Part shown: positions 8,624-19,174 of the stretch, piece after piece
Position numbering within the stretch: position 1 is the first letter of the stretch
How the letters are laid out: every line of letters starts with the position of its first letter
Assembly: GCA_902771535.1 (NCBI GenBank)
Contig: CACXWU010000003.1
Location: 20,813-84,812, forward strand
Origin: an uncultured Pseudomonadota bacterium
GTDB taxonomy: Bacteria; Pseudomonadota; Alphaproteobacteria; UBA3830
Length of the DNA stretch: 64,000 nt
Direction of reading: 5' to 3'
Notes under the pieces: generated by a model
What the model saw: only the letters and a program-made list of their open reading frames with translations
Databases searched by the model: none
What the model was told of the DNA's origin: nothing
Translations under genes and position numbers: made by a program

Positions 8624-10027
8624 TTACTTCCTAACCCAGCCACCTCCGAGCGCTTTGCAGAGATCAACAACGGCGTTGAGCTGGTCTTGTAGCGCGGTGG
8701 TGAGGTCCATTTCACAGGCAAGCAAACCTCTCTCGACGTCCAGCAAGTCGATCAACCCGATCAAGCCTGCTTCTTTCTGCTTTTTCGCGATGTTATAGCT
8801 TCGCTTCAAAGCGTTGACCTGGCGAGTCCGCGACTGAACGATCTCTCGACTCTTTCGGTTGGAAACCAACGCGTCCAATGTCTCTTTGAAAGCAACTTGC
8901 ACGGTTTTCTCATAGGATGCCAAAGCCGCGCGGTAATTCGCTTGCGCCGCATCGCTCATGGACGATAATCTTCCGCCCGTAAATATCGGCAGATTGATTC
9001 CGCCGCTGAAATTCCACATATCGCTTCCCGATGTGAACAGTTTGCCCAACGTTTTGCTCTCGACTCCGAGCGCGCCCGTCAGAGAAATCGACGGGAAGAA
9101 AGCCGCCTTTGCCTCCCCTATTTTCGCGTTCGCCGCGATCAGCATTCCCTCTGCCTGCAACAAATCAGGACGGCGATTCAAAATATCAGACGGAATGCCC
9201 TTAGGAACCCTGTTCGGAATCTTCAGACGCTCAATCGCCTGATCTTTGGAAGTCTTGCGCTCCATAAACAATCTCGGACTGCATCCCAGCAGCACGCTCA
9301 TTGAAGTTTCAGCCTTCGCAAGTGCCTCCTCTAAGCCGAGCACCGTGGTTTTGACCGACGCCATTTCGGACTCGATACGCAGATAATCCAGCTCGGTGCA
9401 ATATCCGCTGAGAAACCGACTTTTGTAAACGTTGTAAGTCTGCTGACGAGTATTTAAGGTCCTTCGCGCAATCGCCAACTTTGCATCCAGAGCACGAATT
9501 AAAAAGTAATTTTTCGCAACCTGAGACGTAATCGACAGCAACACTGCATCCTTCGCCGCTCGAGTCGCGAGCAGCTGAGCACGCGCCGCCTCGTTCGCTC
9601 TCCGATACTTGCCGAAGAAATCCAACTCGTAGGACATTCCGACCGCACCAAGATAATCCGTGGAATTTCTCTTTGCAGTCAGTCCCGGCATGTAATTTTT
9701 CCCCTTCGCCGAAATATAGGTCTTTCCTCCTTCACCTGACGCTGATATTTGAGGCAATAAGTCACTCTGCGCGATTCCTGCCGCCGCTTTTGCCGCATCG
9801 ATGTTTGCTATAGCGATTTTCAGGTCAGCATTGTGCTTCAATGCCTGCTCTTCTAGCTTGTTCAGTGTTTCGATATTGAATACGCTCCACCATTGCTGAC
9901 TCTTGAAGATAGACATTTCCTCCTTATCGCTCAGCTTAGGCATATCCAGCTTCGGCGACTCATAATCGGGACCGACCTCGCATCCTGCCAGCACTAACGC
10001 TGTCATAGTTAATAGTAAGTTACGCAT
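8624..10027 (-). CDS. RND efflux outer-membrane factor lipoprotein (NodT/OprM family)
   Basis: 467-aa ORF with lipobox LVLAGC. It has a two-fold OEP-like repeat architecture and the typical ending GGGW. It overlaps the upstream RND pump gene by 8 nt. Confidence 0.9.
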   Translation of the reverse strand: MRNLLLTMTALVLAGCEVGPDYESPKLDMPKLSDKEEMSIFKSQQWWSVFNIETLNKLEEQALKHNADLKIAIANIDAAKAAAGIAQSDLLPQISASGEGGKTYISAKGKNYMPGLTAKRNSTDYLGAVGMSYELDFFGKYRRANEAARAQLLATRAAKDAVLLSITSQVAKNYFLIRALDAKLAIARRTLNTRQQTYNVYKSRFLSGYCTELDYLRIESEMASVKTTVLGLEEALAKAETSMSVLLGCSPRLFMERKTSKDQAIERLKIPNRVPKGIPSDILNRRPDLLQAEGMLIAANAKIGEAKAAFFPSISLTGALGVESKTLGKLFTSGSDMWNFSGGINLPIFTGGRLSSMSDAAQANYRAALASYEKTVQVAFKETLDALVSNRKSREIVQSRTRQVNALKRSYNIAKKQKEAGLIGLIDLLDVERGLLACEMDLTTALQDQLNAVVDLCKALGGGWVRK

Positions 10028-13000
10028 TTTTCCTTCCTCCTCTTACACGCTCGCTCATTTTCGTAACCAACACGAAAAACAGAGGAACGAACAGCGGCGC
10101 CAAAACGGTCGCCCCCAACATTCCTCCGATAACACTTGTCCCGATAGCATGACGGCTTGCGCTTCCCGCTCCACTGCTGACAGCCAACGGAACACATCCC
10201 AAAATAAACGCAAACGAAGTCATAACAATCGGTCTGAATCTCAATCTTGCCGCTTTAATTGCGGAATCGATCAAATCCATGCCCTGCTTTTTGAACATAA
10301 CCGCGAACTCGACAATCAAAATCGCGTTTTTGGCAGATAATCCAACCAAAGTAATCAAAGCCACCTGGAAGTAAATGTCGTTGCTAAGTCCTCGCAGATA
10401 TACTGCCAAAATAGCTCCGAACATAGCAAACGGAACCGCCAACAAAACCGAAATCGGCAAAGTCCATCTCTCGTAAAGCGCTGCCAAAATCAGGAATACA
10501 ACAACAATTCCCAACAATAAAGCATCGTACGAAGATCCACCGTTTTCTTTCTCTTGGTAAGCCGAGCCTGTCCACGAGAATGAATATTCTGAACCACCGA
10601 CTTCGCGAGCAACTTCCTCCATTGCCTGAATCGCCTGCCCCGAAGAATATCCGGGAGCAGGAGTCGCCATAATTTTCGCAGCAAAGAACATGTTGTAACG
10701 CTCGATCATTGTCGGACCGACTGTCGGAATAAATTTCACAAATGCCGATAACGGAATCATTGCGCCTGTACTGGATTTCACATAAGCATCGTTTAGCTGA
10801 TCAGGATATGCGCGATATTTGTCCTCCGCCTGAACCATAACCCTGAATCCACGACCTGCTTTCGAGAAATCATTTACATAAAAAGTGTTGAAAGTTGTTC
10901 CTATCGTCGTATAAATATCAGCAATCGAAACACCCAACGACATCGCTTTCAGCTCGTCAACCACCATTTTCAACTGCGGAGTACTTGCATTGAAAGTCGT
11001 CTGAACTTGGATTAATTCAGGACGTTTGGACGCCGCCGCGACAAACTCTCGCGCTTTTTCTTCTAAAGCCTTGCTATCTGTGTCTCCCACTTTCTGCAGA
11101 TATCCTTCGATACCTCCCGTCATACTCAGACCGATAATCGCAGGCAATCCAAACGAAATAACCGAACCACCTCTGACCATTTGGTATCCTATACCCATGA
11201 CTTTCTTCGTGGTAGCCGACACCGATTGGTCAGCATTCGGCCTGACACTCCAATCCTTCATCATTGTGAACAAAGTCCCTCCGCTTGTAGAAGCAGAGCT
11301 ACTTAAAATATCGAATCCCGCAGCATACAAACAGTCTTTCACATTCGGATCAGAGGCAATTGCTTTTGCAACTTTTCGAGCTGCCGCCTCCGTCGTTTTG
11401 ATAGTAGAAGCCGGATCCATAATGAGTGCCGTCATGAAAGTACCTTGGTCTTCATCCGGAACTAACGCCCCCGGAGTCAATTTAAACATCAATGCTGTCG
11501 CAACAATAATCGAGCCGATGGTCAAGCAAGAAAACTTTATGTGTCTCGTAAAAAACGAAACCGTCACCACATATTTTTCAGTAAGTTTCGCAAAAACATT
11601 ATCAAACCAATCGAACAATCTGTTTTCCTTGAATTTTACCAATTTTGCGCCTCTGCTATTATCCTCGAGGAGGACAACACACAGAGCAGGAGTTAAGGTC
11701 AGTGCGCAAATTCCCGAAATAACCACGGAAACCGCGATTGTGATTGCAAACTGTTTGTACATAGTTCCCGCGAGCCCACCCATAAATCCGACAGGAACGA
11801 AAACCGCACACAGAACCAAAACGATCGCAATAAGAGCGCCTGTCACCTCATCCATCGCTTTAATCGTCGCATCTCTGACCGACAGCCCCTCCGTCGTCAT
11901 AATACGCTCGACATTTTCGATAACGACAATTGCATCGTCAACCACAATTCCAATCGCCAGCACCAGTCCGAACAAAGTCAGAGTATTTATCGAGAATCCC
12001 GCCAGAATCATTCCGGCAAAAGCCCCGATAATTGACACAGGCACTGCCAAACACGGAATCAGAGTTGCTCTGAACTTTTTTAAGAACACAAAAATAACCA
12101 ATACGACCAGCAAAATCGCTTCAAAAAGAGTATGGGAAACTTCTGAAATTGAATTCTCTACGAAACCTGTTGTATCAACGATCGTCTTGTATGTAATACC
12201 CTCTGGAAACCCTTTTTTCAACTCCTCCATCTTTTTTGCAATTCTCTCGGCGGTCGCCAAAGCATTTGCCCCCGGAGCTAATGAAATCATAATCGGAGTT
12301 GCATCGAATCCATCGATCGTCTTCGCGATCATATCATAGCTTTGAGAACCCAGCTCAATTTTCGCTATATCCTTCAATCGCAAAGTCCTTCCGTCAGGAA
12401 ATGCTCTGATAATAATGTCCTCGAATTGCTTTTCTGTAGTATATCTTCCCTCCGCTGTAATCAGATAATTTCGGTCAACTTTCAAAGACATCGGCTCTTT
12501 TCCGACTGCTCCCGCTGCCTTCTGAGAATTCTGCACCTGAATTGCCGCAACGACCTCTGCTGCACTCAAATCCAGTTTGGATAATTTATCAGGCTGTAGC
12601 CAAATCCTCATACAGTAGGTATTTCCCGCCATCGCGTTAGCCTCACCGACACCCTCGATTCTCTTTAGCTCATCGATGACATTCAGCAAAACATAATTTC
12701 CGACATATGTGTTACTGTATCTGCCATTATCACAATAGAAAGCCATGACCTGTAAAATGGACGGGCTTCTCTTCAGAACCGTAACACCGTATTTTTTGCA
12801 TTCCCCGGGAAGAGTCGTCGTCGCCTGTTGAACTCGGTTATTGACATTAACCATCGCCATATCGGGATCTGTTCCGACCTTAAAATATACGTTGATGTTC
12901 GACTCACCATTGTTTCCGGAAGAAGTTGAGTTCATGTAAATCATGCCGTCGACGCCGTTGATTTTATCCTCAATCGGAGCAACAACAGTTTCCGCCTGAG

Positions 13001-13169
13001 TTTCAGCACTCGCTCCCGGATACATTGCCCTTACCATAATGGTCGGCGGCGTCAAGTTCGGATATTGCTCGACCGGCAGATTGTCCATCGACACAAACCC
13101 CGCCAGAACTATTATCAGAGAAACGACCGTCGCAAAAATCGGACGATCAATGAAAAAACGCGAAATCAT
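10020..13169 (-). CDS. RND multidrug efflux transporter (AcrB/HAE1 family)
   Basis: 1049-aa ORF with the typical N-terminus MISRFFIDRPIFA. It has 12-TM topology with two large periplasmic loops and conserved GIVVDDAIVVIENVER. Confidence 0.95.
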   Translation of the reverse strand: MISRFFIDRPIFATVVSLIIVLAGFVSMDNLPVEQYPNLTPPTIMVRAMYPGASAETQAETVVAPIEDKINGVDGMIYMNSTSSGNNGESNINVYFKVGTDPDMAMVNVNNRVQQATTTLPGECKKYGVTVLKRSPSILQVMAFYCDNGRYSNTYVGNYVLLNVIDELKRIEGVGEANAMAGNTYCMRIWLQPDKLSKLDLSAAEVVAAIQVQNSQKAAGAVGKEPMSLKVDRNYLITAEGRYTTEKQFEDIIIRAFPDGRTLRLKDIAKIELGSQSYDMIAKTIDGFDATPIMISLAPGANALATAERIAKKMEELKKGFPEGITYKTIVDTTGFVENSISEVSHTLFEAILLVVLVIFVFLKKFRATLIPCLAVPVSIIGAFAGMILAGFSINTLTLFGLVLAIGIVVDDAIVVIENVERIMTTEGLSVRDATIKAMDEVTGALIAIVLVLCAVFVPVGFMGGLAGTMYKQFAITIAVSVVISGICALTLTPALCVVLLEDNSRGAKLVKFKENRLFDWFDNVFAKLTEKYVVTVSFFTRHIKFSCLTIGSIIVATALMFKLTPGALVPDEDQGTFMTALIMDPASTIKTTEAAARKVAKAIASDPNVKDCLYAAGFDILSSSASTSGGTLFTMMKDWSVRPNADQSVSATTKKVMGIGYQMVRGGSVISFGLPAIIGLSMTGGIEGYLQKVGDTDSKALEEKAREFVAAASKRPELIQVQTTFNASTPQLKMVVDELKAMSLGVSIADIYTTIGTTFNTFYVNDFSKAGRGFRVMVQAEDKYRAYPDQLNDAYVKSSTGAMIPLSAFVKFIPTVGPTMIERYNMFFAAKIMATPAPGYSSGQAIQAMEEVAREVGGSEYSFSWTGSAYQEKENGGSSYDALLLGIVVVFLILAALYERWTLPISVLLAVPFAMFGAILAVYLRGLSNDIYFQVALITLVGLSAKNAILIVEFAVMFKKQGMDLIDSAIKAARLRFRPIVMTSFAFILGCVPLAVSSGAGSASRHAIGTSVIGGMLGATVLAPLFVPLFFVLVTKMSERVRGGRKNA

Positions 13170-14336
13170 TTAGGCCTCCGTCGGCTGCGATTCAGTATTA
13201 GACTCGGCATCAGTTTCGTTAAACATCGGAGTAACAGGCTGTCCCGGACGCGCCTTTATGATCCCCTCGCAAATAACCGATTCATTTTCCTTTAATCCGT
13301 CGCCAATGACCGCTTTATTGCCAATCACTTCCGCTTTCACTGGGCGAACCTCAACCGTTTTATCCTCTTTTACAACATAAACCATAAATCCAGCCTGGGT
13401 TGAGACCAAAGCAGTCGCCGGAACAACCAGCGCATCTCTGTATTCGTGACCGATAATTCGTACCCTGACAAATTGCCCCGGCAGCAGCATTTTTTGAGCA
13501 GCAGTACTTGGAATTTCGGCTTTTGCTGAAATACTCGAAGTCTGGTTATCTTCGCTGCTGTCGATAAAAATGATCTTACCCTCCTGCGGATAGATCGTTC
13601 CATCGGCCATAACCACCTGAACCTTCACATCTTCCGTTTTAGCGAGATGAACCTTTCCGCTATGAAAGCTCTTACCTACATTTGTCCAAGTAGAGCCCGA
13701 AATTGAGAAATTCGCATGCAACGGACAAATCTGAACCATTGATGTCAGTAAGCTGCTCTCACCATTCGGAGAAATCAGATTCCCAACCGACTGCGCCTCT
13801 TTGCGGACAATTCCCGAGATCGGTGCCTTTACTTCGGTGTAACCCAAATTGATTTCCGCCTCATGTATAGCACCTTCCGCCACTTTCATATTCGCTTGCG
13901 CCCTTTCGTAGGCTGAAAGCGAATCGTCATACTCCTTCTGGCTGACAGCTCTCACTTTATGCAATTTTTCCATACGATTGTAGTCGCGAGTAGTGCGTTT
14001 TAACTCCGATTCCGCCTGAGCCAAATTCCCTTGGGCACGAGTCAATGCCGCGCGATACGGTGCTTCATCGATCTCAAACAATTTCGCCCCCTGATGAACA
14101 AACTCACCCTCCTTGAAATTTCTGGATTTTAAAATTCCTCCAACCTGAGCTCTGACCTGAATTTCCAAAGACCCCGTAATCTTTGCAGGAACCTCTATGT
14201 TCAAAGGAATATTCTGCTTCACAACCCTCGCCACTCCAACAACAGGAGCCGCCATTTGAACAGGCTTTTTTTCCTTGCATCCGCTCAAAATTGAAAGAAT
14301 TGCTAAGGCCCCAGCAAACCATTTATCCCTTTTCAT
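13170..14336 (-). CDS. RND efflux periplasmic adaptor (membrane fusion protein, AcrA-like)
   Basis: 388-aa ORF with lipobox ILSGC and coiled-coil hairpin and beta-barrel regions. Its stop abuts the RND pump ATG. Confidence 0.9.
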   Translation of the reverse strand: MKRDKWFAGALAILSILSGCKEKKPVQMAAPVVGVARVVKQNIPLNIEVPAKITGSLEIQVRAQVGGILKSRNFKEGEFVHQGAKLFEIDEAPYRAALTRAQGNLAQAESELKRTTRDYNRMEKLHKVRAVSQKEYDDSLSAYERAQANMKVAEGAIHEAEINLGYTEVKAPISGIVRKEAQSVGNLISPNGESSLLTSMVQICPLHANFSISGSTWTNVGKSFHSGKVHLAKTEDVKVQVVMADGTIYPQEGKIIFIDSSEDNQTSSISAKAEIPSTAAQKMLLPGQFVRVRIIGHEYRDALVVPATALVSTQAGFMVYVVKEDKTVEVRPVKAEVIGNKAVIGDGLKENESVICEGIIKARPGQPVTPMFNETDAESNTESQPTEA

Positions 14337-14517
14337 AGATCCCTACTCTCCAACACACTACAATAAATAAGTAATTTTCGCGTAGTACCCCACAAAAGTC
14401 AATTAAGAATTGGTTAACTTAGTCAGTTTGTGACAAAATGCGTTATCATAAATGCTTTTACGCTTTCTTAACTTTTTCCTGAGAAAATGTCCTTGTAGGT
14501 TTTGTAATGCGGAGCAT

Positions 14518-15330
14518 ATGATGAAACGGTTTACCAAAATTAACGGAGGTAAGCATCAACTCAAAAATCGTAAGGAATCAAATAGTTTCATCTCTCAAAT
14601 TTCAAAATTAGCAAACCATTTCACTAAAAAGCTCAAATTTCTTCGTTCTACAAATTGCGGATCAGTATTGGTTGAATTCGCTATCTACATACCAATTTTG
14701 ATTGTCTTAGTGTTTTGTATAATTGATGTCGTAAAAATTAGGAGATATTACTCGCAAACCAAGTTTGTCGGACAACAAATGGCAAATATTTTACAGAATC
14801 TTGCAGAGAAAAGAAATGCGGAAGAAAAATTGCTAAGCAAAACCGATCTCAGTCATGCAGCATCATTAGCTTTTTTAACTATCTATCCAGGAACAACTCA
14901 ATATAGTCGTGAGCTCAAACATATTCCGAGTTTAGCTTGTTATTACACAAAAGGATCAACGAGAGAAAAGGCTAGATGTATTTGGGGAAAAGGAATACGC
15001 AGCGGAACTGCTAAAAGCCCCCCTTGGAACGACTCCCGAAGTATAACAAGCAAAGATTCCCGCAGTAAGGTAGTATATAGCTCGACAGATGTTTCTTATT
15101 CGAGTATTTATCCTACACTTAGAGTAGATGCAGAAAAAGTAAAAATAATACTGGAAGTGATGATTAATTGGGACAGCAGTTATAAAGACTCTAACGGAAA
15201 CAATGCATTGACCTCTCGAGGAGCTTTCGGACTTCACTTTATAGCGCCCAGAAGCTATAGTTCCTCTTACTTTAACTCGGTTGTCATTTTTGCTCCAAAT
15301 GCTGGATTCCCTCCAACCGAACCCGTTTAA
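14518..15330 (+). CDS. TadE/TadG-like pseudopilin-type protein (orphan)
   Basis: The N-terminal segment GSVLVEFAIYIPILIVLVFCIIDV matches the TadE-like motif (G-x4-EFA plus a hydrophobic helix). The start is taken at the ATG behind GGAG (14518 or 14521); the track start at 14452 is probably an extension. The rest of the protein is unrecognised. Confidence 0.55.
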   Translation: MMKRFTKINGGKHQLKNRKESNSFISQISKLANHFTKKLKFLRSTNCGSVLVEFAIYIPILIVLVFCIIDVVKIRRYYSQTKFVGQQMANILQNLAEKRNAEEKLLSKTDLSHAASLAFLTIYPGTTQYSRELKHIPSLACYYTKGSTREKARCIWGKGIRSGTAKSPPWNDSRSITSKDSRSKVVYSSTDVSYSSIYPTLRVDAEKVKIILEVMINWDSSYKDSNGNNALTSRGAFGLHFIAPRSYSSSYFNSVVIFAPNAGFPPTEPV

Positions 15331-15449
15331 TAGGTTTCCCATTCATAACATCTTTCCGTTTGCATAAATTTCCTTATTCTAATTTCCCCACTTTATTTCC
15401 CACACAATTGATAATATCCTGTTAGCAAGAGTTAATGAGAGTATTTATC

Positions 15450-15989
15450 ATGGAATTAAAAGGAACCAAAACCGAAAAAAATCTCTGGGCAGCCTTTGCT
15501 GGAGAGTCTCAGGCGCGCAACAAATATACCTACTTCGCGTCCCAGGCAAAGAAAGACGGATATGTTCAGATCGGCCGAATTTTCGAAGAAACAGCTGGAA
15601 ACGAAAAGGAACACGCAAAAATTTGGTTTAAGTTGCTGAACGGAGGAAAAATTCCCGACACCGCAAGCAATCTGAAAGCCGCAGCAGATGGCGAAAATTA
15701 CGAATGGACCGAAATGTACGAGGATTTTGCAAAAGATGCCGAAGCCGAAGGTTTTTCAGACATCGCACGTCTCTTCCGCATGGTTGGAGAAATCGAAAAA
15801 CAGCATGAGGCGCGCTATCGCAAGCTTCTGGAGAATATACAAAACGATTCGGTCTTCAAAAAAGAAGAAAAAATCTTCTGGATCTGCACAAATTGCGGTC
15901 ATGTTTACGAAGGTATCCAACCTCCCGAAGTCTGTCCCGTCTGCAATCATCCGAAGTCATACTTCGAGCAAAAAGCGGAAAACTATTAA
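15450..15989 (+). CDS. rbr: Rubrerythrin
   Basis: [29 protein letters not shown] begins a ferritin-like di-iron domain with EKEH and EKQHE motifs. A C-terminal rubredoxin-type CxxC...CPVC follows. The start is chosen at the second ATG. Confidence 0.9.
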   Translation: MELKGTKTEKNLWAAFAGESQARNKYTYFASQAKKDGYVQIGRIFEETAGNEKEHAKIWFKLLNGGKIPDTASNLKAAADGENYEWTEMYEDFAKDAEAEGFSDIARLFRMVGEIEKQHEARYRKLLENIQNDSVFKKEEKIFWICTNCGHVYEGIQPPEVCPVCNHPKSYFEQKAENY

Positions 15990-16066
15990 ACCAAGCCTTT
16001 GTGTTCATTCTCATGGATTTCGAGGTGACGATGTGATATTCTGCCACGTAAAATTGGTGTTTTATT

Positions 16067-16924
16067 ATGAAAAGTTTTCAAGAGATAATTTTCGCCCTGC
16101 ATAAATACTGGGGTGATTACGGTTGCGCGGTACTGCAGCCTTATGACATGGAGGTCGGAGCGGGAACTTTCAGTCCGCATACATTTTTGAGAGCGTTGGG
16201 TCCTGACAGTTGGCAGGCGGCTTATGTTCAGCCGTCCAGAAGACCTGCCGACGGGCGCTACGGTGAAAATCCGAACCGAGTTCAGAAGCATCATCAGTTT
16301 CAGGTGGTAATCAAGCCGTCGCCGGAGGATATCCAGAACATTTATCTCAAGAGTCTGGAAGTCGTCGGAATTGATTACAAGCTGCACGATATCCGTTTTG
16401 TCGAGGATGATTGGGAAAGTCCGACCCTCGGAGCAGCAGGTCTCGGCTGGGAAGTCTGGTGCGACGGAATGGAGATCACTCAGTTTACTTATTTCCAACA
16501 GGTCGGAGGCATCAGCTGCAATCCCGTGATGGTCGAGTTGACCTACGGACTCGAGAGACTCGCGATGTTCCTGCAGTCGGTCGATAATGTTTACGATCTC
16601 AATTGGAACGGAAAAGACGGCGCGGATAAGATTTCCTACGGCGACGTTTGCATGCAGCAGGAGGTCGAATTTTCGAAATATTCATTCGAATGTGCCGATA
16701 TTGAACAGCTGAATCAACATTTCATCGATGCCGAAAAAGAATGTCAGAAATTAGCAAATCAGAAATTAGCTCTGCCCGCTTACGATCAGTGCATGAAGGC
16801 GAGCCATTTGTTCAATTTGATGGACGCGCGCGGAAGTTTGAGCGTCGCGGAAAGAGTCGACAGAATCGCCAGAGTGAGAGCACTGGCAAAGGCATGTTGT
16901 GAAGCACAGGTGAGCCATGAGTAA
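16067..16924 (+). CDS. glyQ: Glycine--tRNA ligase alpha subunit
   Basis: 285-aa ORF with [32 protein letters not shown] and [17 protein letters not shown], both highly characteristic. Confidence 0.95.
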   Translation: MKSFQEIIFALHKYWGDYGCAVLQPYDMEVGAGTFSPHTFLRALGPDSWQAAYVQPSRRPADGRYGENPNRVQKHHQFQVVIKPSPEDIQNIYLKSLEVVGIDYKLHDIRFVEDDWESPTLGAAGLGWEVWCDGMEITQFTYFQQVGGISCNPVMVELTYGLERLAMFLQSVDNVYDLNWNGKDGADKISYGDVCMQQEVEFSKYSFECADIEQLNQHFIDAEKECQKLANQKLALPAYDQCMKASHLFNLMDARGSLSVAERVDRIARVRALAKACCEAQVSHE

Positions 16925-18962
16925 TTTTTTATTGGAAGTTTTGGTTGAGGAAATTCCGGCGAGGTTCCAGTCGGGAGCGATCTCGGAATTCGAAAAATTG
17001 ATGACGGCGGAATTCGATAAGCAAAAAATCTCGTATTCCGACGTGAAGAGTTTTATTTCTCCGAGAAGAATTGTTTTTTCCGCAGATCTGAGTGAACAAA
17101 CTCAGGATTTTCAGGAGGAGAAGAAAGGACCGCAGGTTACGGCTCCGTCGGAGGTGATTGAAAAATTCCTGAAAGCCAATGGCGTCACTCGCGAGGATTG
17201 TTTTGAGAAAACTATCGACAAGAAAACATTCGTGTTTCTGGCGATTCATCACAGGGCGAAAAATACTCGCGATTGTTTGGCGGAAATTATCAAAAAATCC
17301 ATCATGTCGCTGTCTTGGAAAAAGTCGATGCATTGGGGAAGCCATCAGATGCACTTTGTTCGCCCGATCAGGAATATTTTGGCGGTGTTCGGCGAAAAGG
17401 TCATTGACTTTTCGTTCGACGAGATCGGACTGAAATCGACAACCCAAACTTTTGGTCACAGATTCCTCGCGCCAGTGGCGTTTTCTGTTCGGAATGCAGA
17501 AGATTATCTCCGTAAGCTGGAAGAAAATTTCGTTGTGGTCGATCGTGAACAGCGTCGCAAAATCGTGCTGGATGAAATCAAATCCATCGAGCAGAAACAC
17601 AGCATTTCGGTTGCAGTTTCCGAAGATTTAATGAACGAAGTCATTGGACTGGTCGAATATCCCGTCGTACTGATGGGAAAAGTTCCGAGCAAGTTTATGA
17701 AGCTGCCGGAAGAAGCGATCATTACTCCGATGAAGGTCCATCAGAGATACTTTCCGACTCGCGATAAGGACGGAAAACTTGCTCCGTATTTCGTTTTCGT
17801 CGCGAATAATTCGGCTGTTGACGGCGGAAAAACGATCATCGCGGGAAATGAGCGAGTTCTGAACGCGCGACTGGCGGATGCTCTGTTCTTCTTCGAAACG
17901 GACTTGCAGAAACCGCTGGACAGCCATCTGGATTCCCTCAAAAAAATTACTTTTAATGTGAAATTGGGTTCGGTATTCGACAGAATTCAGCGAGTGACGA
18001 ATTTATGTCGATTTGCAACGGCAGAGCTAAAATCTCAGAATTCCTTCATCGACGAAAGTACCGAAAATCTGCTGGTCCGCATTGCTACTCTTGCGAAGTG
18101 CGATCTTTCGACAAGCATGGTCTACGAATTCCCTGAACTTCAGGGAATTATGGGCGCGCACTACGCGCGAATTCAGGGAGAAAATCCGGAGGTCTGCACC
18201 GCGATTCGCGAACAATATCTGCAGGGAGATGAATTATCCTCGCCAATCAGTGCCTTTTACTCGCTGGTGGATAAAATCGAACTGATTACAAGTTTCTTCG
18301 CGATCGGGAAAGAACCAACAGGATCGAAAGATCCGTTTGCACTGCGCCGCGCCGCGATCAGCATTTTGAAAATCATCAAAAAATATAATATCAAAGCAGA
18401 TCTTGAAAAATTGAGCAAAAAAGCTTTCGAGCAACTGCCGGGGGACGACCTCAATCCGAAAACGGTGGAGAGAGTTATCGCCTTCATCATGGAGCGGTTC
18501 AAAGTTTTGCTGAAGGACAGCGGCATCGACCACGATCTTGTCCTGTCACTGATTAATAGCAGTCGTGACATACTGTTGATCTATCAGAAGTCGGCAATTC
18601 TCAACGAGATCATGAAGACTTCGAAGGGTGAGAAGCTGATGTCGGGCTACAAGCGCGCCAAAAATATCATCGAAAATAATGCTATGACCGAGATTAACTC
18701 GTCGCTCTTCTCTGAAGATGAAGAATTGGCGTTGTTCGACAAGATTTGCGAGCTGGAAACTCGACTGTCCGAAATCGAACAACATGAATCCAACATTTGC
18801 GCACGATTCGAAAAGGAATTGGATGCTTGCGTTAGTATGGAAGAAAGCATTTCCAACTTCTTTGACAAAGTTTTGGTAAACACTAAGAACCAGCTCGTCA
18901 AGCAAAACCGTCTGAATATGCTTACGAAACTGGTACTGCTGTTTTCCAAGATAGTTCCGTAA
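16917..18962 (+). CDS. glyS: Glycine--tRNA ligase beta subunit
   Basis: 681-aa ORF that overlaps glyQ by 8 nt. It starts [13 protein letters not shown] and contains [12 protein letters not shown]-like [14 protein letters not shown]. Confidence 0.95.
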   Translation: MSNFLLEVLVEEIPARFQSGAISEFEKLMTAEFDKQKISYSDVKSFISPRRIVFSADLSEQTQDFQEEKKGPQVTAPSEVIEKFLKANGVTREDCFEKTIDKKTFVFLAIHHRAKNTRDCLAEIIKKSIMSLSWKKSMHWGSHQMHFVRPIRNILAVFGEKVIDFSFDEIGLKSTTQTFGHRFLAPVAFSVRNAEDYLRKLEENFVVVDREQRRKIVLDEIKSIEQKHSISVAVSEDLMNEVIGLVEYPVVLMGKVPSKFMKLPEEAIITPMKVHQRYFPTRDKDGKLAPYFVFVANNSAVDGGKTIIAGNERVLNARLADALFFFETDLQKPLDSHLDSLKKITFNVKLGSVFDRIQRVTNLCRFATAELKSQNSFIDESTENLLVRIATLAKCDLSTSMVYEFPELQGIMGAHYARIQGENPEVCTAIREQYLQGDELSSPISAFYSLVDKIELITSFFAIGKEPTGSKDPFALRRAAISILKIIKKYNIKADLEKLSKKAFEQLPGDDLNPKTVERVIAFIMERFKVLLKDSGIDHDLVLSLINSSRDILLIYQKSAILNEIMKTSKGEKLMSGYKRAKNIIENNAMTEINSSLFSEDEELALFDKICELETRLSEIEQHESNICARFEKELDACVSMEESISNFFDKVLVNTKNQLVKQNRLNMLTKLVLLFSKIVP

Positions 18963-18983
18963 GAATCAATCAAAATTATCAAA

Positions 18984-19025
18984 TCCGAGCCGTAATTATA
19001 AGGAATGCGGCTCGGAAATATTTTA
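18984..19025 (+). terminator. Terminator hairpin after glyS
   Basis: 9-bp stem tccgagccg / cggctcgga (18984-18992 and 19008-19016), followed by aaatatttt. Confidence 0.5.
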
Positions 19026-19174
19026 CAATTTATAAAAATATTATTTGCAACGCAAATTGCTTTATGATACAAGATCCGCAAGATAGTTCGTGTAGTTTTA
19101 GTAAAAATTAGTGAAAGATGTGTGCTTGCATGGTGCAAGTGTACGTTGAATATTGCAAAAGAAAGGAGCAAAAA

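Noticed and set aside
11026-12339. 437-aa plus-strand ORF inside the RND transporter gene.
   Set aside because: The minus-strand frame encodes an unmistakable AcrB-family protein. The plus-strand ORF is a low-complexity Ser/Thr/Ile-rich shadow with no motif.
15986-19171. Minus-strand ORFs of 100-220 aa across glyQ and glyS (15986-16498, 16929-17600, 18647-19171 and others).
   Set aside because: They overlap strongly supported aaRS genes and have no motifs or translation signals. They are typical shadow ORFs.
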